Source of the DNA: Hypanus sabinus
Lineage: Eukaryota
Assembly: GCF_030144855.1 (NCBI RefSeq)
Contig: NC_082721.1
Location: 28,148,001 to 28,212,000, forward strand
Length of the DNA stretch: 64,000 bases
Reading direction: 5' to 3'
Shown: positions 54,773 to 64,000 of the stretch, piece by piece
How the letters are laid out: every line of letters begins with the position of its first letter
Position numbering within the stretch: position 1 is the first letter of the stretch
Notes under the pieces: generated by a model
The model's input: the letters and a program-made list of their open reading frames with translations, nothing else
Told to the model about the DNA's origin: nothing
Database searches by the model: none
Position numbers and translations under genes: made by a program

Positions 54773-56615
54773 ACCATAAGACAATAAGCAGAATTAGGCC
54801 ATTTGGCCCATTGAGTCTGCTCTGCCATTTCATCGTGGCTGATCCATTTTTCCTCTCAGCACCAATCTCCTGCCCTCTCCCAGTATCCCTTCATACCCAA
54901 ACTAATCAAGAATCTATCAACCTTTGGCTTAAATATACCCAATGACTTGGCCTCCACAACCACCTGTGTCAATGAATTCCACAGATTCATCACTCTCTGG
55001 CTAAAGAAATTCTACTCATCTCCATTCTAAAAGGATACCCCTCTATTCTGAGACTGTGCCCTCTGGTCTTAGACACCCCCACCATAGGAACATCCTATCC
55101 ACATCCACCCTATCTAGGCCTTTCATTATTCAATAGATTTCAATTAGATGCCCCCTCATTCTTCTAAATTCCAGTGAATACAGTCCCAGAGCCATCAATC
55201 GGTCTTCATATGATAAACCTTTCAATCCTAGAATCATTTTTGTGAACCTCCTTTGAAGTCTCTCCAGTTTCAGCACATCTTTTCTAAGATAAGGGACCCA
55301 AAAACTGCTCACAATACTCCAAGTGAGGCCACACCACTGCTTTATAAATTCTCAACATTACATCCTTGCTTTTATATTCTAGTCCTCTTGAAATGAATGT
55401 TAACATCGCATTTGCCTTTGTCACCACTGACTCAACCTGCAAATTCATCTTTAGGGAATCCTGCACAAGAACTCCCAAGTCTTTTGCACCTCAGATTTTT
55501 GAATTTTCTCTCCATTTAGAAAATTGAGACTGTGCTTTTATTTCTTCTACCAAAGTGCATGACCATACACTTCCTGACACTATATTCCATCTGCCACTTC
55601 TTTGCCCATTCTCCTCATCTGGTGTTAGTCCTTCTGTAGTCTCTCTACTTCCTCAAAACCACCCGTCCCTCCACCTATCTTCGTATGGTCTTGGCCACAA
55701 AGCCATTAATTCTGTCAACCAAATCACTGACATATAATGTAAAAGAAGCAGTCCCAACACAGACCCCTGTGGAACACCACAAGTCACTAGCAGCCAACTA
55801 AAAAAGCCTCCCTTTATTTCCATTCTTTGCCTACTGCCCATCATCCAATGATTTATCCATGCTAGTATCTTTCTTGTAATATCATGGGTTCTTATATTGT
55901 TAAACTGCTTCATGTGTGGCACCTTGTTAAGGGCCTTTAGAAAAGTACACACCATCCACCGGTTCTCCTCTATCTACCCTACCTTGTTAATTCTTCAAAG
56001 AATTTCAATAGATTTGTCAGGCAAGATTTTCCCTTAATGCTGACTTCAGCCTGTTTTATCATGTGCCTCCAAATACCCCAAAATCACATCCTTAACACTT
56101 GACTCCAACATCTTCCCAACCACTGAGGTCAGACTAACTGGCCTATAACTTACTTTCTTCTGCCTCTCTCCCTTCTTGGAGTGAAGTTTGCAATTTTCCA
56201 GTCCTCTGGAACCATGGCAGAATCTAGTGATCCTTGGAAGGTCATTATTAATATCTCCACAATCTCTTCAGTCACCTCTTTCAGAACCCTGAGATGTAGA
56301 CCATATTTACCTTCAGACCTTTCATTTTCCCAAGCACCTTCCCCCTAGTAATGGCAATGCCACTCTCTTCTGCCCCTGACTTTCTCAAACTTCTAGCATA
56401 CTGCTTGTATCTTCCACAGTGAAGACTGATGCAAAGTACTTATTCAGTTCATCGGCTAATTCTGCGTCCCCCATTACTACCTCTCCAGCATTATTTTACA
56501 GGGGTCCAATATCTATCTTCACCTCTCTTTTATATTTTATATATCTGTAGAAACTTCTGGTATCCTCCTTAATATTATTGGCTAGATATTCTATCTTTTC
56601 CTCCTTAAGACATTT
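54773..56615 (-). mobile_element. CR1-type LINE ORF2 fragment
   Basis: [40 protein letters not shown] and the CR1 tail. Confidence 0.88.
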
Positions 56616-58396
56616 TTAGAATTGTAGGAAAGCAGAGAATCCGAAGATATACAGAACTAAAAAGGGTTAATATAGATGGTAATACTGATTTCTTGAACTG
56701 GCAGTTTGTCAGTCCTTCCGTCTAAAAAAGTGAGAATCATCACCCTCTTTACCAACGATCGTCATTTCTGTCTCACTCTTTCGCTTGCTAACAGTCCTGG
56801 CTGTTTCTGTTTCCTCTATGGTCTTTCAATTCCTCTTTTTTCCATCTATTCAATTTTGTCTCTTCTCCTTTTCTTTGCCTTCACTCATTATACTTCACTA
56901 TCTGTCCCTTTACTTTCTATCCTGTGAGCTTTATCTTGTACTCCAAGCCCTCTCCTCCTTTTTCCTCTTTCTCACTCACTGTTTCCTTTCTCCTTTCTCT
57001 CACTCCTAGCCTTCTATCTGTCAACATTTCAGACCTTCAACCTTTCATCAAAACCGGGAAAGAAATAAATGCAGGTTAGTTTCAACAGGAGAGAAGGTAG
57101 AGGAGGACCGTGAAGAACAAGGGGAATAACTGTGATAGAACAAAATAGAAAGGCTTAAAGTTGCTGACGAGGAGTTGAAGGTTATGTTTATCTGGGAGTT
57201 ATAAAGAACTCCAGAAACGTTTTGGACAGTTCTGCTCTATTTCCTCTGATTTCTCCCTTCTTATTTCTGTCTCCCTCCACAGCCCTCCGATTCCACTTTT
57301 ACTCCTCATACCTCAGTCTCTCACTGCTGGTGATGATACAGAATGTCTTGTTTGATTAGGTTTATATTGGAAAGCCTGAAGTCGATGGTGGAATCTGAAA
57401 GAGGGGACAATAAACCTTCTTGTTTTCCGAGAAAGGTCATGGTTTGCTGTAAGCAGCCCACCGACTGTTTATTGTTACAGTCATGAGGAAGTTAAAAACA
57501 ATGTTATCACTTCAGCACAGTCGAGATTTTTAAGACTAAGATCAAAATTCAGCCATTTGGCGCCTTATGCCTACTTGAATATTCTACCAAATAAGGTATA
57601 CCCTCTAGCCAGACAGGTCCCAGTTGCCCTTCCCTGCCTGCTCACCATAACTCTTGATTCCTTCAACAACAACAACCAGTCCAACTGGCCGTAAAAATGC
57701 TCAGTGATTCAGTGTTCACAATTCTGAGGCAAAGAGTTCCAAAGGTTTTGAGAAAAGAAATACCCTAAAGCAGAATCGGGCTTGTTACCACTGCGTTATG
57801 ACATGAAAATTATTTTGGGGCAGCGGTGCAGTGAAAAACATAAAAATTATTATAAGTTATTAGATAAATGAATAGTACAAGAGAAAGGATAATGAGGTGG
57901 TGTTCATGGGTTCAAGAACTGTTCAGATATCCAATGATGGAGTGGAGGATGTTTTTGTATCAATGAACGTGGGTCTTCAGGCTCCTGTACCTCCTCCCTG
58001 ACTGTAATAATGAGAATAGGGAATGTCTCAGATGGTGGTTCCTTAATGAAGACCTTCATGGCTGCCTTCTTGAGTCATGGCCTTATGAAGATGATGGGGA
58101 AGGTGATACACATTATGGAACTGGCTGAGACTATAACCATCTGCAGCCACTTGTTCTTGCAGTCCTCTGCATTGGAACCTCTAAACCAGCCTGTGGTGTA
58201 ACCAGTCAGAATGTAGAATTTGGCAGAAAAATTAAGATTTATCTCTATGCAGATGATAACATTTGGAATTGCTGAGAAATACTGGAATATTTCTAAAGCA
58301 GTGACACAGCAGTGGAAGGTAATTATTAAAATCTTCCTCTTTTGCAATAATCTTGTGCTCTTATGACCTTATGCTCACATGTCAGTTTCCTCTATA

Positions 58397-58927
58397 TGAG
58401 GAGTGATTGATAAGTTCATGGCCTAAGGTAGAAGAAGTCAATTTTAGAAAGCCTAGCACATTTATTTTTCAACATAGTCCCCTCCTACACTTACACACTT
58501 AGTCCAGCAGTCGTGGAGCATACAGATCTTGGACCTCCAGAAAGTGTCCACAGATGGGTGATTGATAAGTTTGTGGCCTAAGGTAGAAGGAGATGAGTTA
58601 CACAGCTCTCGTTACATGCACATGCAGTTCAACTCTTTGAGCGAGGCCACAAACTTATCAATCACCCCGATGAGATTAACTTCAAACTTTCTGCATAATC
58701 ACTCAGAGTTGAACTGCATTTGCATGCAACGAGGGCTGTGTAACTCATCTCCTTCTACCTTAGGTCATGAATTTATCAATCACCCATCTGTGGACACTTC
58801 CTGGAGGTCCAAGATCCGTATGCTCCACCACCGCTGGACTAAGTGACTATGTTGAAAAATAAATGTGCTAGGCTTTCTAAAATTGGCTCCTTTTACCTTA
58901 GGCCAATAACTTATCAATCACCCCTTG
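58397..58927. mobile_element. Fold-back mariner-type MITE
   Basis: TA flanks; TIR tgaggagtgattgataagtt / aacttatcaatcaccccttg; inverted arms of about 230-245 bp with internal TIR copies. Confidence 0.85.
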
Positions 58928-59389
58928 TATGTCATTTTGATATTATATCATTCATTTTATTTCACTGGTCCAAGATTTCCTTATACAGAACTGATAAAGT
59001 CTTCATTTCTTTCCACCCCTCACCCTTTGCCAGTTTATCTAAATTCTACTCCCCATGCTTGAAGCTGAGTCAATTCCTGGCCACTTACTCTGTGAGACAC
59101 ACTGCCCGGCAATGTTTCTATTTTAGAATTCCCATTCCTCTATGGCCTATTTTTGTAACCTCCTCCAAAGGCAGGTCTCCAGAGCTATTAAATCCTGATT
59201 TCTTGTCCATTGTCCTGTGTTCCTTTACTCACCACTGGTTGGCAAGCCTGTAGCTGGCCATTTTTAAACTGTTGATTCCCTCCCTAAACTCTTCCTCTTC
59301 TGAGGCACTCCTGATTGTCTGTTGGCTTTTATTGCAGTCTTTGTTTGATCTTGTATCTTTGAATGCTTATCTACATCAATAAATACTGT

Positions 59390-60085
59390 AGCCCAAGTGC
59401 TACACCTGTTCTGACACCTCCTCCCTCACCTCCATTCAGGGCCCCAAACTGGCCTTCCAGGTGAGGCAACACTTCACCTGTGAGTCTGTTGGCATTGTCT
59501 ATGGTGTCTGCTGCTCCTGCTGCAGTGGCGAGACCAGTTGTAAATTGGAGGATCGTTTCGTCAAGCACCTCTGCTCCATCCACCAAAGGGGCCAAACATT
59601 TTAATTCCCATTCTGACACGGCGGCCCATGGCCTCCTCTTGTGCCAGGATGAGGCCACCCTCAGGTTAGAGGTGCAATACCTTATATTTCATCAAGGTTG
59701 TCTCCAACCTGATGACTTGAATATTGATTTCTCTTTCTGGTAATTTTTTCCCACCCCTTCCCCACTCTGGCCTTTTACCTCTTCTCACCTGCCTATCACT
59801 TCCCTCAGGTTCCCTCCTCCTTTCCTTTCTCCTATGGTCCACTCTGCTCTCCTATTAGATGTCTTCTTCTCCAGCCCTTGACCTTTCCCACCAACCTGGC
59901 TTCACCTATCACCATCTCACTAGCCTCCTTCCCCTCTCCCCACCTTTTTATTTTGACATCTTCCCCCTTCCATTTGAATCCTGGGGAAGGGTCCCAGTCC
60001 AAAACCTTGACTGTTTATTCATTTCCACAGATGCTGCCTGACCTGCTGAATTCCGCCACCATTTTGAGTGTGTTACTCTGGATCT
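59390..60085 (+). mobile_element. Penelope-like element 3' fragment
   Basis: caagtgctacacctg...ccaggtgaggcaacacttcacctgtgag plus the terminal repeat. Confidence 0.75.
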
Positions 60086-60400
60086 TTGTCTAAGCAGAAT
60101 AAAACTCTGTAACCAAGTGATGCAGGCCAGAATTTCTGAGCCCTTAGGTAAGGATCACGCTCAATCTGCCTCTCAGAGAGGGTGCAGACACTCAGCCATC
60201 TGTGCAATGCCTTACACATCAGTTTCCTGAACCAGTGTGGGTAACTTCACTCTCCTCAACACTAAACCAATTCCTCACAAGGATTCCACAACTCATGTTC
60301 TCGGTACTATTTATTTACTTATTTATTATTATTATTTGTTTGCTTTCTGTTTTTGCACAGTTTGTCTTTTTTAGCACACTGGTTGCTTGTCAGCCTTTTG

Positions 60401-60436
60401 AGTCCTGAAGAAGGGTTTTGGCCCGAAACGTCAACT
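60401..60436 (+). ncRNA. Minimal type I hammerhead-ribozyme-like motif in a Penelope terminal repeat
   Basis: agtc-CTGAAGA-A-GGG(ttttgg)CCC-GAAA-CG-TC-aact. Catalytic core intact; helix I has a mismatch next to the cleavage site. Confidence 0.6.
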
Positions 60437-61299
60437 ATTCATTTCCATAGATTCTGCCTGGCCTGCTGAGTTCCTCCAGCATCTTGTATGGGTTGTTTTA
60501 TGATTGTATTTCTTTGTTCCGCAGGTAGGGTTTTTGATCTGTCATGGTGTCAAAGGTTACAGGGACAAGGCAGGAGAATGGGGTTGAGAGGGTTAATAGA
60601 TTAGTCATGTTGGAATGGTGAAGGCTTGAAAGGCTGAATGGCCTATTTCTGCTCCTACTCTATGTCTTATGGTCTTCTACGGTGAATGCCTGCAAGAAAA
60701 TGAATCTCAAGGTAGTATATAGTGGCATGTACGTACTTCGGTTATACATTTACTTTGAACTTTGAATGAGGGCAATTTTCCACCAGTGAAAATAAACAGA
60801 TGAAGGACAATTAAAAGAGGTCAGAAGTTATGGGTATGTTCTATGGAAAGGCAGGAGACTGGAGCTCCTTCCTAGTTCCATTTATGCCTGGTACTGTTTT
60901 GCCACCACAAAACAACAAATTTCACAGCATATGTCAGTGATAATAAATCGGATTCTGAGAGGAGGGCAGAGGGGTTCAGGATTGAGGGAGATCAGAGAGG
61001 GAAACCCAGAGCAGGAAAGTATTCTGAATTGGACTTTGGAATTGCAAGTGTTCTTCAGCCCTTTACCTTCTCTCTTCATCCCACCTTCCTCACTCTCCAA
61101 CCTTCCCTCTCACTTTCTTTCACCTGTCTCCTGTCAGCTTACCCTCTTTCCCCTCCCCACTCCCCCCCCCCACCTTATTGTGGCTTCTTCCCTCTTCCCC
61201 CTTCCTTTCCTGTCCTGATTTAAGGTCTCGAACTGAAACGTTGATTCTTTATTCCACTCCATTGATGCTGCCTGACCTGCTAAGTTACCCCAGCATTTT

Positions 61300-62005
61300 A
61301 GACCATAAGATACAGGAGCAGAATTAGGCCATTTGGCCCATCGAGTCTGCTCCACCATTTCATCATGGCTGATCCATTTTTCCTCTCAGCCCCAGATTCC
61401 TGCCTTCTCCTCATATCTCTTCATGCCCTGACCAATCAAGAAGCTATCATCCTCTGCCTTAAGTATACATAAAGATATGGCCTCCACAGCTGCCTGTTGC
61501 AAAGAATTCTACAGATATGCCACACTCTGGCTAAAGAAATTTCTCCTCTGCTCCATTCTAAGTGGATGCCCCTCTGATCTGAGGCTGCGTCCTCTGGTCT
61601 TAGACTCTCCCATCATAGGAAACATCCTCTCCTCGTCTACTCCATGAAGGACTTTCACCATTCAATAGGTTTCAATTAGGTCACCCCTCATTCTTCTGAA
61701 CTTCCAGAGTTATTAAACGCTCTTCATGTGACAAGCTATTCAATCCCCGAATCACTGTCATGAACCTCCCTTGAACGCTTTCTAGTTTCTGCACAGCCTT
61801 TCTGAGGCAAGGGGCCCAAAAGTGCCCTCAATACTCCAAGTGAATCCTCATCAGTGCCCTATCAGTCCTCACCATTACATCCTTGCTTTTATATTCTGCT
61901 CCTCTTGAAATGAATGCTAACGTCTCATTTGCCTTCCTCACCACAGACCCAACCTGGAAACTAACCTTTAGGGAATCCTGCACAAGGACTCCCAAGCCCC
62001 TTTGC
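61300..62005 (-). mobile_element. CR1 3' fragment
   Basis: LGVLVQDSLKVSFQVGSVVRKANETLAFISRG and the CR1 tail. Confidence 0.85.
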
Positions 62006-62998
62006 ATTTTGTGAGTGTCACTCTGGATTTCCAACATCTGCGGCATGTCTTGTGTTTGAAAGTGTTCAGCATCATGGGCAGATTTATTTCTTGCCCTTTT
62101 CCCATGGAAGTTGAGGCTAAAGAGTGAGCCTCTGCTCTGCTGCCCTGGCTGAGTTAGCAGACAGTCAAGAGACCCTGCGGCAGGTGATAAAACTGCCCCA
62201 GAGAAGCGGATTCAGCAAGAAGGGGAAACTCTGAGTCTGGCAGAGAGATGGAGGTTGGAAATACTGGACCCTCACAGAGTGGAAATCTGTAGGACCTGGA
62301 CAGGTAGCTTGACAGGGTTTGGAGATGGGAATGAATGCATATAAATTGAGAGCAGATAAAGGGGGGCATGGGAATTAACTGTGGAGAAAGTGGGGAGACA
62401 GGGATTGACAGTGAGACAGTTTGGAGACAGAACAGTACCACACAGGAAAATGTCCTACGACATGGGACGTTGCACCAAACTAAGTCAATATAAAACTAGG
62501 GATTTGGAGTGACTGAGGAGGAAGTGTGGAGGTGTGGATCACCTCTGAGCGTACTTTTGTCCTGCGGAATCATCGTGACCTCTTCCCTTCCACAGCTGAC
62601 TGAAGTGAGAATTGCTGAGCAAAACAGTCAGCAAACAGAAAATTGGAAAAAGCATTAGTTTCTTGCTTGTTTCCTGCCAGTCAGCACATTTCCTCTTTGT
62701 ATTTAAAACAAGTTTCTTCGGCCAAATATAGTACTTCCAGGATTAGGCCTTGGTGCTGCAAAGTACCCAAAAGACAACATTCAAAGGCTATCCCCATAGA
62801 GATATCACATTTACCAACAATGCAACCTGTCCCCAAACACCAACATTACACAGTGTATCCCTCCACCAATAGACCCGTGTTTAAAGCCTAGAATGGCTGC
62901 CCAAATATTTCTCAGAATGAAACTCTGGTCTCATTAAACGTGTTAATGCATCTAATTTCACACCTATCCCAGTGGGATAGCTGGCCGACGGTGTAGTG

Positions 62999-64000
62999 CA
63001 GGCATGGGCAAACTACGGCCCGCGGGCCATATGCGGCCCGTTAAGCTTTTTAATCCGGCCCGCAGAACTTAATGAAATTATATTAATAAACCTTGTTAAG
63101 GTTTTTTCCCCACAATTCTGGTGTTTTCCCAATAGATGACGCACTCTATATACATTTGTGGCGACCCATTTCCTGGCACATCCGAACCGGCTCACAATTA
63201 GCCAGCGTTCCGGCTAAGGGAGATAGCCTGCGGGGATTTGCGAGCACAGAGCTTTGGAGCCTCTGCGCAGGGGGGCAGGTTGAGGGAGGCTTAAAAGTGA
63301 GGCTGGGGATTTCAAATGAAGTTTTTTTCTTCGACTGCAGTTACCGACTCCGTGTCGTAATTTTAGCGCTGCATGTAGCACACCGCTACACATTGACCTT
63401 TGTTGAGGTGCAGCGTATTACTCCACATTTGCGCTTTACTCTTTGTTCGGCTCGACCTATTTGTGTGAACAGGCGTTCAGCGTCATGAACATCAACAAAG
63501 CCAGCCACAGATCCAAGTTAACTGACCAACACCTCAGATCCATCCTGAGAATCGCCACAACAAAACTAAATCCAGACTTTGATGCGCTGGCTAAAAAGGG
63601 AGACCAACAACACTGTTCCCACTGAAATTAAAAATAAGTTTCTTCGTTGTGTTACGTAAAAAATGCATTTGAAAATATTTTTTTCAATAAGCCTTACATG
63701 TTACATGTCATTTCTGTTAAGTGATGGACATGAGTAGTGCGCAGGTGCACGTACGTTCTCAAAATAAAAAATGCGCTCCAGATCAAATAACGCGCTCTGC
63801 ATACTGGCGCGCTCTCACTGTTCTGTCATTGTGCTGGTTGTTATTGAGTTTTGGCACAGGGGACAATTGAATAAGAAGGAGCAGGACAAGTAGACCTGCA
63901 TCTCCTACCGTTTTTGAAATAAAGACAGTCAGGAGGAGAGTGATGATGATAAAATCTTGAAGGATAACAGAATTTTCAGTGCTTTAAAATAATAACTGTT
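62999..64000 (+). mobile_element. hAT (Charlie/OC1-like) internally deleted transposon, runs off the window
   Basis: Terminus CAGGCATGGGCAAACTACGGCCCGCGGGCCATATGCGGCCCG; dimerisation-domain remnant FGSTYLCEQAFSVMNINKASHRSKLTDQHLRSILRIAT (about 63443-63625). Confidence 0.85.

Overview
Vertebrate genomic DNA. The repeat content (Penelope-like elements, CR1 and Rex/Babar LINEs, V-SINEs) suggests a cartilaginous fish, probably a ray; this is inference. The one clear protein-coding gene is the alpha-arrestin ARRDC2 on the + strand. It has two homologous alternative first coding exons, 1a (7900-8158) and 1b (29163-29436), each with its own promoter-like region. Both splice in phase 1 onto seven shared exons (34083-39238), giving predicted proteins of 404 and 409 aa with two PPxY motifs and a C-terminal RRRCMTC. 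The 3'UTR is about 1.9 kb, ending near 41105. Most of the rest is transposable element sequence: CR1 and Rex/Babar LINE fragments, Penelope-like elements with hammerhead-ribozyme-like termini, V-SINEs and RTE-tailed SINEs, two solo LTRs with 5-bp TSDs, an internally deleted Chapaev3-like transposon, a fold-back mariner MITE, and hAT and Tc1 elements. A CpG- and motif-rich promoter-like island (about 14.0-15.3 kb) lies inside intron 1a with no gene I could assign to it. There is a 159-N assembly gap at 29821-29979. Nearly all ORFs in the supplied track are spurious or TE-derived. Family assignments come from motif recognition, not database searches.
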